Below the pieces are notes generated by a model. It searched no databases. It worked only from the letters and a program-made list of their open reading frames with translations, and had not been told where the DNA came from. DNA of 58,576 bases from an uncultured beta proteobacterium (GTDB lineage: Bacteria; Pseudomonadota; Gammaproteobacteria; Burkholderiales; SG8-39). Each line of letters starts with the position of its first letter. The stretch's first letter is position 1. Shown one piece after another: positions 24,251-33,603 of the stretch. The stretch covers positions 1 to 58,576 of the forward strand of contig CADECO010000002.1 in the NCBI GenBank assembly GCA_902825905.1. Direction: 5' to 3'. The position numbers and the translations under genes were made by a program.

Positions 24251-25590
24251 TCACGCCACAGAATCCGATCACGATGTGGCTGCGCGTCGGCTACTTGTGG
24301 CTGTGGCTAGTCGGGGTAACGTTCTTCGCCTGCTACGCGACGCTTGGCAATGAATCGCTCGCGCGTTTCGCGACCGACGCGCTCGGCGCCGAAGCGTTCG
24401 CGATGCTGAGCGAACGTGGCGCGCTCAAGCTTTACACCGCGGCGGTCGCGGCCAACGTGCACGAAGTGCTCCCGTTTCTTGCACTGGGTGCAGCGCTCGG
24501 CGCGCTGTGCCGCCTGATCGATTGGTCGCGCCGCTTCTTCAAGAGGCGCGCCGCCGCGCGGGTGAACGTCGTCACGGATCGGTTCGGTGGCCGCGTCATC
24601 ATGCATCAAGCGGCGCTCGAGCACGATCCCAACGCCGCCATGCCGCTGTTGCGCCTGAGCAAGCGCGAACCCGTGCCTGCCGGCGCATCACCGATCGAGC
24701 GCGAGGTCTTAGCGCTACTCGCGGCGCACCCAGAGATCCCGGCCGATCCCGACGGCGTGCACGGCGTGTCGCTCTTCGACCATAGTCTGAACACGTGGGA
24801 ACGCGCCTGTACTCAGCATGGCGCGGGATCGCTGGTGGCCACGCTCTCGCTCTGTCATGACCTGGGCAAGCTGCTCGCTTACGTACCCGACGCAGACGGT
24901 GACTATCGACGCATCGCCATCCATCAGCCGCTCGCCTTGCAATTGGTGCGCCGATTGCCGGCGTTCGCGCAGCTTGATGCACCCGCGCGTGACCGTTTCA
25001 TCCGCTTGCTCACCGCGCTGGTGACCGGTGCCATTCCGATCGATACCACGGACGAGGACCGCGCGATCCTGCGCGCATGCAAAGGTGCTGACTATGCCGC
25101 GACCGGCGCCGAGCGCGCTGCGCAAGAAGAAGAGGAACGCGCGGCGACCGATCCATCACAAGTGGCGAGCCTGGTGCGCACAGCGCTCCCCTCCCTGCTG
25201 CAAGCGCTGAACGTCAATCGCTGCCACGACCGGAGCGTGCGGCCCGAGGCGATCTATTTGCCGGAGAAGAATCGCCTGTTGCTGCCGCTTGCCAGTTTGC
25301 GCAAGCGCATTCCGAGCGTACTTCCGGCGGAGATCGAGCTGGGCATCGATCTGGCCGTACCCGAGAAGCGCGCGAAACAGGCGAACGCGTTCGTGTTGGC
25401 GGTCGCGCGGGCGGTGCTCGATCTCGACACCGTCTTCGAGGGCGCGAGCGCCGACGATGGGCTGTTCATGATGCGCAGCGGGCATTTCTACGAACCGAAT
25501 GTCGTCGTCGTCCGCGCCGAAGGCTTCGCCGATTCGCTAATCAAGCAATGGGGGATGTGGAGCTATGAGATCGAGCTGGTCAAGCAGTAG
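24247..25590 (+). CDS. Membrane-anchored HD-domain protein, possibly related to MobH (TraI_2)-type relaxase HD modules
   Basis: I chose the ATG at 24247; the track ORF from 23983 overlaps two small genes in an Arg-rich shadow frame. The N-terminus has 2-3 TM helices. Then HPEIPADPDGVHGVSLFDHSLNTWE ... LSLCHDLGKLLAY resembles the H..GGLL.HSLE ... LLHDLGK pattern of HD phosphohydrolases and MobH relaxases. Confidence 0.55.
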   Translation: MITPQNPITMWLRVGYLWLWLVGVTFFACYATLGNESLARFATDALGAEAFAMLSERGALKLYTAAVAANVHEVLPFLALGAALGALCRLIDWSRRFFKRRAAARVNVVTDRFGGRVIMHQAALEHDPNAAMPLLRLSKREPVPAGASPIEREVLALLAAHPEIPADPDGVHGVSLFDHSLNTWERACTQHGAGSLVATLSLCHDLGKLLAYVPDADGDYRRIAIHQPLALQLVRRLPAFAQLDAPARDRFIRLLTALVTGAIPIDTTDEDRAILRACKGADYAATGAERAAQEEEERAATDPSQVASLVRTALPSLLQALNVNRCHDRSVRPEAIYLPEKNRLLLPLASLRKRIPSVLPAEIELGIDLAVPEKRAKQANAFVLAVARAVLDLDTVFEGASADDGLFMMRSGHFYEPNVVVVRAEGFADSLIKQWGMWSYEIELVKQ

Positions 25591-26260
25591 CAAGCGTTGT
25601 TGGCAGGTTGCGGCATTGATGGGCGTGATCGCGATCGATCTTCACGTCGTGCGCGCGGCCGAGGAGATGCCGTTTGCAACCAAGCAGATGCCATCGCAAC
25701 TGGTGAATGGCGTGGTGGTACGCGGGGCGCAAGTCCCGGTATGGAATGCACCAGGGCATACCACCAACCCGCCTCGCACCCTGTCTGCTTCACCCGCACG
25801 GACCACGGCATCGCAATCCGTGCCACGTGCGGAGGCGAAGAAGGAGACGGCGCGAAGGGCGACCGCTCAGATCTCGGTCGAAGCGAAGGACGCTGATCGC
25901 TCGCAAGCGCCACGACCTGGTCCGACCGGCGATGAGCTCGATGCGTGGAACGTCGCGCTTGGCGTGACTAAAGATGCGACGCAGATTCCTCCTCCGCCTG
26001 CCCCCGACAACAGTTTCTCCGTGGCTGCAGGGCAACAGCTGTCTGCGGCGATGCGCGCGTTTCTGCGCAAGCACGACAAGCGCATGCAGTGGAGTACGCG
26101 CGCCGATTTCGTCATTGAACATCCGTACCGCGTCACGCGCGAGGAACTGAACGCGACCTTGGAAGAAGTGCTCGCCGCCTACGGCTTGTCCGCGACGATC
26201 TGGGAAGGCAACGGCGTGGTCGAGATCTATCAGACCGGCGCCGAGCGCGAAGCACGCTAG
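25565..26260 (+). CDS. TcpQ / PilL-like type IVb pilus biogenesis protein
   Basis: Signal/anchor region, a Pro-rich linker, and a C-terminal module (V.AGQQLS.AMR.FL.KHDKRMQWSTRADFVIEHPY.......LNATLEEVLAAYGLSATIWEGNGVVEIY) like the TcpQ C-terminal domain. It lies immediately upstream of the secretin. Confidence 0.6.
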   Translation: MRSSWSSSSKRCWQVAALMGVIAIDLHVVRAAEEMPFATKQMPSQLVNGVVVRGAQVPVWNAPGHTTNPPRTLSASPARTTASQSVPRAEAKKETARRATAQISVEAKDADRSQAPRPGPTGDELDAWNVALGVTKDATQIPPPPAPDNSFSVAAGQQLSAAMRAFLRKHDKRMQWSTRADFVIEHPYRVTREELNATLEEVLAAYGLSATIWEGNGVVEIYQTGAEREAR

Positions 26261-26305
26261 GCGCAGCGACTCGAAGCGAGTGCAATTGACGTTGGGGAGG
26301 AAGAC

Positions 26306-27877
26306 ATGAAGAGGTTCGATCAACACGCGGCGCTCGTTTTGAGCTTGGTCGCGCTATGCACCGGGTGCGCCGTGCCGGACAACCGCCCAAGCGTCCAAGA
26401 GGCGATGCGCGAAGAGGTGCGGCGCTTCGATACTGAGGCGCGTCGTGAGCCGATCATCAAGACCAATCCGAAGCCCTACGTAAAGGCGCGTCCGGTCGAG
26501 TATCGCGAGCCGCGCGAGGAGATCTCGATTGCGATCCAGGGCGGGTCGGTGCGCGCGGCGATCGAGAGCGTCGCCAAGCCCAAGGGCTACACCGTCGTGA
26601 TCGCCAAGGGTTTGAAGACCGAAGCGGTGAACATCGAGCTGGTCAATCTCGATTTCGAGCACGCGGTGCGCGAGATCGCGTCCGCGGTCGGGGCGGCGGC
26701 GGTGTTCAACCACGCGCGCAAGGCGATCTATGTCGCGCCCGAAGCGACCTACACCTTCCGCATCCCGCAGCATCTGTTCGACGACCTGGCGATGAGCTAC
26801 AGCGTGTCCTCGAACCCGGCCCTCGGTGGACAAGGCGGCGCCACGCCGAATATGGGCGGGGTCGGCTCGATTGGGCATGGCGCGCCCGCATCGGGCTTGG
26901 GTGCCGCGGGCGGCACACCCGGCGCAAACCACACCAATATGAAAGTGAGTGGCGGGGCGGGCAGCGCGCTCGAATCGTTCACCGCGGCGATCAAGCAAAT
27001 CGCGGGCGACAAGGCCAAGCTCTCGGTGATGCGCGAGCTAGGACTGTTGTCGGTACGCGCCGACGGTTCAGCGCTCAAGCGCGTCACCCAGTTTCTCGAA
27101 ACGTTCACGCGTGATGCCGGCCGGCAAATCGAGGTGAAGGCGGCGCTGGTCGAAATCACTTTGGGCAACGAGCTCGCCTACGGCATCGACTGGTCGAAGA
27201 TTCTCAGCAACAGCGCGCGCACCATCGAAGTGGGTCTGGCGACCACCTCGGTTGTGCCGCGCGCGGTCGTGAACGCGACCATCACCACCAACTCGATCCG
27301 CAGCGTCATCAAGGCGCTCGAAGGGGCGACTGCGGTCAAGGTGGTGGCCGAACCGCAACTGTGGATGCTCAACCATCAACCGGGCATCGTCTTCAACGCC
27401 ACGCAGCGCCCGTATCTCGGCGCGGTGACCACCAGTATCGCAGGCAACGCCTCGATCTCCTCCACCGCCGGGGCGCTCAGCTACGCGATGGACGGCGTCT
27501 CGCTCGCCTTCCGCCCGCACATTCTGGACAACAGCCGCGCCGAGTTGACGGTGATCCCGATGCTCTCGACCGCGGTGAACCAGCAGACCTTCAAGCCAGG
27601 CAACGGGCTGGAGCTGACCGGGTATGACCTGCCCACCACCTCTTCGCACATGAAGCTGCTGCTCGAATCGGGCAAGACCTACATCGTCGGTGGCAGCCGC
27701 TTCACCAGTCAGAACTTCCAGCAGGTGGGCGTGCCCGGTGTGCGCCAGGCCGGCATCCTCGGACAACTGCTCTCGGGCACCGACGATCTGAAGACCGCCA
27801 AGGAGCTGGTGCTGCTGTTGCACACCAACGTGCTGCCGGCGCCCGAGCTGAACGTCATCGTCGGCGAGTCCTTGTAA
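26306..27877 (+). CDS. Type IVb pilus secretin (PilN family in R64 nomenclature), probable lipoprotein
   Basis: Signal MKRFDQHAALVLSLVALCTGC. The C-terminal secretin core reads KVVAEPQLWMLNHQPGIVFNATQRPY...SH..L..G.T.IVGG........VGVPGVRQAGILGQLLSG.........ELVLLL....L. Confidence 0.85.
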   Translation: MKRFDQHAALVLSLVALCTGCAVPDNRPSVQEAMREEVRRFDTEARREPIIKTNPKPYVKARPVEYREPREEISIAIQGGSVRAAIESVAKPKGYTVVIAKGLKTEAVNIELVNLDFEHAVREIASAVGAAAVFNHARKAIYVAPEATYTFRIPQHLFDDLAMSYSVSSNPALGGQGGATPNMGGVGSIGHGAPASGLGAAGGTPGANHTNMKVSGGAGSALESFTAAIKQIAGDKAKLSVMRELGLLSVRADGSALKRVTQFLETFTRDAGRQIEVKAALVEITLGNELAYGIDWSKILSNSARTIEVGLATTSVVPRAVVNATITTNSIRSVIKALEGATAVKVVAEPQLWMLNHQPGIVFNATQRPYLGAVTTSIAGNASISSTAGALSYAMDGVSLAFRPHILDNSRAELTVIPMLSTAVNQQTFKPGNGLELTGYDLPTTSSHMKLLLESGKTYIVGGSRFTSQNFQQVGVPGVRQAGILGQLLSGTDDLKTAKELVLLLHTNVLPAPELNVIVGESL

Positions 27878-27886
27878 GCGCCATCC

Positions 27887-29059
27887 ATGAAATTCCCCAT
27901 CGTGCGACGCCTGTTGCGCACGCCCGCGCCCGGGCGCCTGTGGCTTGCGATCCAGCAGAAGCAACAGGCGCCGAGCTTCTGGGAGGTTGCGCAGGACGCG
28001 GTACGCGAGATCGAACAGCTGCCCGACGGTGCGTGGCCGATTCTGTCCATCTCAGAAGACGATCTGCGCGTCGCCACGGCGAAACCCGTGAGCGGCAAGC
28101 GTGCCAAGAGCCTGATTCGCCAGCAGTGCGGCCAGCCCGCGCGCGTGATCAATCAATCGGCGCATGGCGCGATCTACGGGCGACCGCTGATCGCGATGAC
28201 CGATGGCTTTGCCGCGGTGCCGGCAGCGCTCTTGGTCGATCAGCTCCTCGTCGAGCGCGGTTGGCCGGATGCGCCGTTCATCGCGGGTTTCTTGCTGTCG
28301 GCAGGGGAGAGCCACAACGAGATTCTCGCTCTCTGGGCCGGCACGCCGCGTGGGGAGCTGGGCGGCATCCAGTTCACCGAGAACGCGCAGCAAGCCGAGC
28401 AGATCGTCGATGCGTTCTGCGCCACGCATGCGATCGACGCGAACGAATCCAACGTACTCCTGTTCCAGGTCGAGGAGCTACTCGCTGCGGTCGAGCGCTT
28501 TGCCGATCGCTTAGAACCCTATCCGGACTACGACGATTGGTACGGCATGCCGGTGCAGCGGCTATGGTCGGGCATCGCGGGGGCATCGGCGCTCAGCGCG
28601 ATCGGTACGGTTGCCGCGCTCGGCGTGCTGTTCGTACAGGGTCAGATGATGCAGACCGAGCGCGAGCGGGCCGCGGCGCGTGCCTCGCAATCGCGCCAGA
28701 CGACGGTTAACGCGTTCGTCGGCCATCTACCCACCGTGGTCGAGCGCAGCAGCGTGGATCACCGCGCGCTGGCCGCTAACGCGCGCGCGATCTATGTACC
28801 CGGCGGCTGGGTGATGCTCCAGGCCAACGCCGAGGCGCATCGACTTCGGCTCACTTTGCAGATCGAACCGCCGCAGACCCATCAAATCGATGTGCTCACG
28901 GTGAACACCATGCCGGGGTCGTCGTTCGAGGCAGCACGGTCGCGCAAGGTGTCGGGACGGTTGCCGCAGGTAGGGTTGTCAGGGGGAGGCAATGAGATCC
29001 ATTTCGATTACGCGTTGCAAGCAGCTAACGCTCGTCTGCTTGGCTATCTCGATCGCTAG
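27887..29059 (+). CDS. PilO-like (R64 type / PilO2) pilus biogenesis protein
   Basis: The call rests on position (secretin, this gene, small TM protein, ATPase), size (390 aa) and one central TM helix (WSGIAGASALSAIGTVAALGVLFV). Sequence similarity could not be verified by eye. Confidence 0.5.
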   Translation: MKFPIVRRLLRTPAPGRLWLAIQQKQQAPSFWEVAQDAVREIEQLPDGAWPILSISEDDLRVATAKPVSGKRAKSLIRQQCGQPARVINQSAHGAIYGRPLIAMTDGFAAVPAALLVDQLLVERGWPDAPFIAGFLLSAGESHNEILALWAGTPRGELGGIQFTENAQQAEQIVDAFCATHAIDANESNVLLFQVEELLAAVERFADRLEPYPDYDDWYGMPVQRLWSGIAGASALSAIGTVAALGVLFVQGQMMQTERERAAARASQSRQTTVNAFVGHLPTVVERSSVDHRALAANARAIYVPGGWVMLQANAEAHRLRLTLQIEPPQTHQIDVLTVNTMPGSSFEAARSRKVSGRLPQVGLSGGGNEIHFDYALQAANARLLGYLDR

Positions 29060-29525
29060 CGTGCCGGCGATTCAGAAGCTGCGCGCGCTCAACGAGGAGC
29101 GCTCTCGCGTGCTCGCGCAGGCGCTCACCGAGCTGGCGACGAACGAAGGCAACGAGCGCTTCATCCTGAGCGAGCTTGCGCGGGCGCCGGCTGCTCAAAC
29201 GCCAGTGCTTGCACTCGAGGACGCCTACGCGCGCACTGTGGTGGACCTGCGCGCCGCGAGCAGCGCGCATCTGGTGAGCGTGCAATCGCTCTCGGTGGGC
29301 AATCGACAACTCGACGCGAAGGGCGTGCGCCTGGCCGAGTTGGCCGAACCGGTCGCGATCGCGGGCAACTTACGGCGCCTCCGCCTACAAGTGAAGGGCC
29401 GCTACGAATCGCTTGAGCGATTCCACGCCTACCTCGATCGTTTCAAGGCGCATCAGGCTGTGATCCGGTCCCTTGAGATCACCAAGGACCAGTTCCAAGC
29501 CGACGTGCTGGTGCTTGGGGTCTAG
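28992..29525 (+). CDS. PilP-like (R64 type) small bitopic pilus biogenesis protein
   Basis: N-terminal TM helix (LTLVCLAISIASVPA) followed by a coiled-coil. It overlaps the upstream gene by 68 nt. The call is positional. Confidence 0.4.
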   Translation: MRSISITRCKQLTLVCLAISIASVPAIQKLRALNEERSRVLAQALTELATNEGNERFILSELARAPAAQTPVLALEDAYARTVVDLRAASSAHLVSVQSLSVGNRQLDAKGVRLAELAEPVAIAGNLRRLRLQVKGRYESLERFHAYLDRFKAHQAVIRSLEITKDQFQADVLVLGV

Positions 29526-29528
29526 CGC

Positions 29529-31793
29529 ATGGCTGCCAACGAGACCAATGTTATCTACGCGCTGTTGGCGAAGGCGCGCCATCGCATCGCTGGCGGCAGT
29601 GTCGCGCCGATCAAACGCATGGTCGAACCGGTCGCCCTCAATGGCGCGCCCGTACTCGACCCGCAAGTGAACCTGAACGCATCGGTTGAACGAGCGATGC
29701 GACTGGTACCCGACGTGCGTACCGGCGCTTCGCAATCGACATCGGGTAACGACGCACAAACACGCGAGAGCCCCGCGGATGATCGACCCAATGTTCACCT
29801 ATCGGAAATCGGATCGAGCTTCGCGCGTCCTGCACCAATGGAGCTTGGCGCGCTCGCGCCGTCATCGCCTGCCGCAACGCTAGAGAAACTCGGCGACCTC
29901 CTAATCGGACGGCAGCTGATCACGCCGCGGCAGTTAGAGAGCGCGCTCGAGCGGCAAAGCGTCTCGGGTCACCTGCTCGGGCGCATCCTGCTCGAGCAAG
30001 GCGCAGTCACTGCCGAACAGCTCGCCCAAGCACTCGACGCGCAGCACGGCGGCAAGCCCGCGACCGCCGACATCCTCGCGCGCTTAGGCATGCCAGTGCA
30101 CCAGATCCGCGCAACCTTGCATCGCCAACGCACCTTCCGCCATCCGCTCACCCGCATCATGCGCGACTGGGGTTACCTGTCGCAGGAAGCGGTGGCCAAG
30201 GCGATCGCGATCGAAGCGGGCCTGGAGTATTTCCCCTGGGCCGAGATCGACAACATCGCGATCGAAAGCCTGCGTGCGAACGGCATCGGTTTGTCGGAGT
30301 TCAAAGGCTTCGTACCGGTGGCGTTCGCCCAGGACGGCCGGCGCGGCAGCATCGCCGTGCTGATCCCCGATCGCAATCGGATGAATGCGGCGAGCAGCGA
30401 GTTTCGCCAGCATCGCTGCACCTTCATGGTCGGCTCCAGCGAGACGATCCAGATCATCTACCGCAAGTACTTCGCTGCCACCGCCGAAGTCGTCGCCAAG
30501 CTCCTCGATCAGCACAACCAGGCACTTGCCAATCGCGAGGACCTCTCGAAGAGCGCGATCTACCAGGATTTGGTGATGGCGCTGCTGCGCCACGCCTGCT
30601 ACGCCGGGGCTTCCGATATCCAACTGTTTCCCTCGCACGACGTGGGCATGATCAAGCTCAAGGTCGACGGTGTGTGGGACATCTTCCAGGTGGTGTCCCT
30701 GGAATTACTCGCGCTGCTCTATGGCGTGGTGCGCAACACCATGTTGAATGGCGTGAACGACGCGAAAATCGCCGAGGGCTTCACCGATTGCGCGCTCGAT
30801 CTCAACACCGACAAGGACGAGCAGGCGCAAGCGCTGCGCAGCCGCTACGCCGACATCATCGATCGCTACGTGTTTCGGGTCGAGCTGGGCAACTCGGTGC
30901 AGGGCCGCACCATGACGATCCGCGCCAACGACAAGGAATCGACCGCAGCCGATCTCCATCAGCTGGGCCTCGATCAGAAGACCCTGCAGCGGCTCAAGGC
31001 TTACATCCGGTCCAAGAGCGGCGTGTTCCTGCTGTGCGGTCCGACCGGCTCGGGCAAGACCACCACGCTCTACGCACTCCTGCGCTCCGTTGATGCGATC
31101 ACCGAGTCGGTGCAGACCGTCGAACGCCCGGTGGAATACACCAACGGCCTGTGGCTGCAGTACCCGGTGAGCGCGATGGGCGAGGACGAAGGCAAGGGCT
31201 GGGCCGAGGCGCTGAAAGGGATCCTGCGCAACGCCCCGGACAAGATCCTGTTCGGCGAGACGCGTGATGAAGGCACGGCACGAGAATGTTTCCGCGCCGC
31301 CAACACCGGGCACCTGGTGCTCTCCACCTTGCACTCCAACGGTGCCGCCGAAACGGTGGGGCGCCTGACCGATCTGGGCATCGATCGCGAGAAACTCGCC
31401 ACGCAACTGCTCGGCGTGCTCGCGCAGCGCCTGGTACGCAAACTCTGCAACAGCTGCAAGGTGCCTGATGAGCGTCCTGAGACCCCGCAGCTCTTGGCCG
31501 GCCACACCACCAAGGCGCTGCGCATGTCCGGTCGCATCGCCCCGTTTCGTGCGCGCGACGGCGGCTGCCCGAACTGCGGCTTCACCGGCTACCGCGGCCG
31601 GCGCATGGTGTACGAGCTGCTCCATTGCTCCAAGAAAGTGAAGAGCCTATTGGAGGAAGGCGTGCCGGTCTCGCGCCTGCGCGAAGGGGGCCTTGAGACC
31701 AGCGGCACCATGCTCGAGAACGCCTACCGGCTCGTCGCCGAAGGCGTGACCTCGGTTGATGAGATTGCCCTCCACCTGGATCTAGAGGGCTAG
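29529..31793 (+). CDS. GspE/PilB-family type IV pilus assembly ATPase (R64 PilQ equivalent) with long N-terminal extension incl. MshEN/T2SSE_N-like module
   Basis: Walker A LLCGPTGSGKTTT, Asp-box TVERPVEY, Walker B KILFGETRD, His-box GHLVLSTLHSN. The tetracysteine Zn site is CNSCK...CPNCGFTGYRGR. The N-terminus carries a tandem LG..L.....I....L..AL..Q repeat. Confidence 0.9.
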   Translation: MAANETNVIYALLAKARHRIAGGSVAPIKRMVEPVALNGAPVLDPQVNLNASVERAMRLVPDVRTGASQSTSGNDAQTRESPADDRPNVHLSEIGSSFARPAPMELGALAPSSPAATLEKLGDLLIGRQLITPRQLESALERQSVSGHLLGRILLEQGAVTAEQLAQALDAQHGGKPATADILARLGMPVHQIRATLHRQRTFRHPLTRIMRDWGYLSQEAVAKAIAIEAGLEYFPWAEIDNIAIESLRANGIGLSEFKGFVPVAFAQDGRRGSIAVLIPDRNRMNAASSEFRQHRCTFMVGSSETIQIIYRKYFAATAEVVAKLLDQHNQALANREDLSKSAIYQDLVMALLRHACYAGASDIQLFPSHDVGMIKLKVDGVWDIFQVVSLELLALLYGVVRNTMLNGVNDAKIAEGFTDCALDLNTDKDEQAQALRSRYADIIDRYVFRVELGNSVQGRTMTIRANDKESTAADLHQLGLDQKTLQRLKAYIRSKSGVFLLCGPTGSGKTTTLYALLRSVDAITESVQTVERPVEYTNGLWLQYPVSAMGEDEGKGWAEALKGILRNAPDKILFGETRDEGTARECFRAANTGHLVLSTLHSNGAAETVGRLTDLGIDREKLATQLLGVLAQRLVRKLCNSCKVPDERPETPQLLAGHTTKALRMSGRIAPFRARDGGCPNCGFTGYRGRRMVYELLHCSKKVKSLLEEGVPVSRLREGGLETSGTMLENAYRLVAEGVTSVDEIALHLDLEG

Positions 31794-31797
31794 CGCG

Positions 31798-32997
31798 GTG
31801 CAACTGGCCTACGACTACACCGCCAAGACCTCACGGGGGCTCGTCGTCTCCGGCATGGTGTTCTGCGCGTGCTACGACGATGCGGTGTACCAGGTGCGCG
31901 CGGCGCTCAAGCTCGATCCGATGGCGATCCGCGTGAATGCCCTGGAAACCGGCATCAGCTGGGTGCTCGAGCGCGAACCCACGCGTGATCGGATTCGGCT
32001 GTATCGAACCATCGCCGAGCGCAAGCGCATCGGCCGCTCCATCCCGCAGGGCTTGCACGAGGCGCTCGACTACGTGGAGGACAAACGATTCGTCTCGGCG
32101 CTCACCGTGATGCGCCAGTCGATGCTGGATGGCGTGAAGTTTGCGGATGCCATGGAGAAGGCCGGCTTTCCGGAGACGGACGTGCAGGCGGTGCGCGCGG
32201 TGCAAAGCGCCGGCAAAGAAGGCGAGGTGCTGGCGAGCTTGGCCGAGCGCATGGAAGCGATCGAGGCGATGAAGCAGCGTATCGCCGGCGTCCTCTGGTA
32301 TCCGCTGGTGGTGCTGGCGGCGATGTGGATCGTCGCCTGGGCCATCACCTTGTTCATCGCCCCGAGAATCGGCGCGTTCTTCATGAAGCTTGGCAGCTTG
32401 CAGTTGAGCCTGCCGGCCTATGCCGAGGCGTACTACAGCTTCGCCGCGTTTTTCCAGCAGCACGCGCTGATCGGATCGCTGGCCTGGTTCGCGATACCGG
32501 TTGGGTTTGTCACCCTGCTGCGATCCCGATTCACCGCACACCTGGTCGATCGCATCCCCGCGCTCTACGCGCTGGCGATGAAATCCGATCTGGTGTCGAT
32601 TTTCTCCGCGCTCGCGCTCCTCCTGAATGCCGGGGTGAAGCCCGTCGAAGCGTTCGCAGCGGTTGCGCGTTCGGCACGCCGTGCTGACAACCGCGAGCGC
32701 CTCGAAGAGATGGCGAGCATCTACCGCGCCGGCAACTACTCGATCGCCAAAGCGGTCGCGCAGTGCCGGTTCCCGAATTACGTGCTGGCCGAGATCAGTG
32801 CGGGCGAATCGGCCAACAGCACCACCGAGGGCATGAGAAAGCTCGTCGAGTTGTTGCGCCAGGACTTGCAAGCGCACACGGAACAGGCGCAGCGTCTCGC
32901 GGTGATCGGCTCGAACCTGATCGTCGGGTTGTTTCTACTCGGGTTCGTGTTCATCACCGTCTATCCGCAGGTGTCGGCGACGATGTCGCGGATGTAA
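31798..32997 (+). CDS. GspF/PilC-family inner-membrane platform protein (R64 PilR equivalent)
   Basis: 399 aa with the duplicated GspF-type architecture (cytoplasmic helical domains plus 3 TM segments). It follows the ATPase by 4 nt and uses a GTG start. Confidence 0.8.
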   Translation: MQLAYDYTAKTSRGLVVSGMVFCACYDDAVYQVRAALKLDPMAIRVNALETGISWVLEREPTRDRIRLYRTIAERKRIGRSIPQGLHEALDYVEDKRFVSALTVMRQSMLDGVKFADAMEKAGFPETDVQAVRAVQSAGKEGEVLASLAERMEAIEAMKQRIAGVLWYPLVVLAAMWIVAWAITLFIAPRIGAFFMKLGSLQLSLPAYAEAYYSFAAFFQQHALIGSLAWFAIPVGFVTLLRSRFTAHLVDRIPALYALAMKSDLVSIFSALALLLNAGVKPVEAFAAVARSARRADNRERLEEMASIYRAGNYSIAKAVAQCRFPNYVLAEISAGESANSTTEGMRKLVELLRQDLQAHTEQAQRLAVIGSNLIVGLFLLGFVFITVYPQVSATMSRM

Positions 32998-33037
32998 AGC
33001 GATCTTCTACGAGAAATGCGAAGGGGAGAGGTCACCA

Positions 33038-33595
33038 ATGAAGCCATCGAATCGATCCGTGCCGCGAAGCACGCAGAGGACCCGCGGTTTCTCGGCGCTC
33101 GAGCTCATCATCGTCCTGTCGCTGGTGTCGATCCTCACCGCGATGTATGTGTTCAACTACAACTCGGACAACTCCAAGGCGGCGACGCTGCTCAATGTCA
33201 CCCAGGAGTACGCGAATGCAATGAAGCGTGCCAAGGCGGACATGGCGTGTTATCCAACTCGCATGGCGGCGCTATTCGATCGCACCCAGGCCAACACGTC
33301 GTTCTGCGGCATCAACCTCACCAACCAGTGGAACGGTCGCTATGCCGAAGTCGCACCGACGAATGCGGCCGGCGCAGTGCTGCTCAACAACGTGTCGAAC
33401 GGCGTGGCGGTGAGCATCGTCAACGTCGTCGATGCCGCCGGCACCCGCTGGCGTATCCAGGCCTCTGGTGTGCCGAACGATGTCCTCAATCGCGCGGTGA
33501 ACGTCTGTAACGGCGGCGCCGCGAACGGCCGGTGCATCGGCACGCCGGGCGGCTCGGGTAGCGGGACATTCGAGATCGAGTTCGACCTGACCTAG
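33038..33595 (+). CDS. Type IVb prepilin (major pilin candidate)
   Basis: A long basic leader (MKPSNRSVPRSTQRTRG) is followed by FSALELIIVLSLVSILTAMYVF, the class III signal (G|F..LE, with Glu at +5). Two Cys pairs lie in the C-terminal half. Confidence 0.8.
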   Translation: MKPSNRSVPRSTQRTRGFSALELIIVLSLVSILTAMYVFNYNSDNSKAATLLNVTQEYANAMKRAKADMACYPTRMAALFDRTQANTSFCGINLTNQWNGRYAEVAPTNAAGAVLLNNVSNGVAVSIVNVVDAAGTRWRIQASGVPNDVLNRAVNVCNGGAANGRCIGTPGGSGSGTFEIEFDLT

Positions 33596-33603
33596 ACGGG
33601 CCC

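Noticed and set aside
26354-32877. Series of long antisense ORFs (26354..26998, 27068..27964, 30705..31625, 31831..32877 and others)
   Set aside because: Each overlaps a + strand pilus gene with strong family signatures. None has a start context or a recognisable domain.
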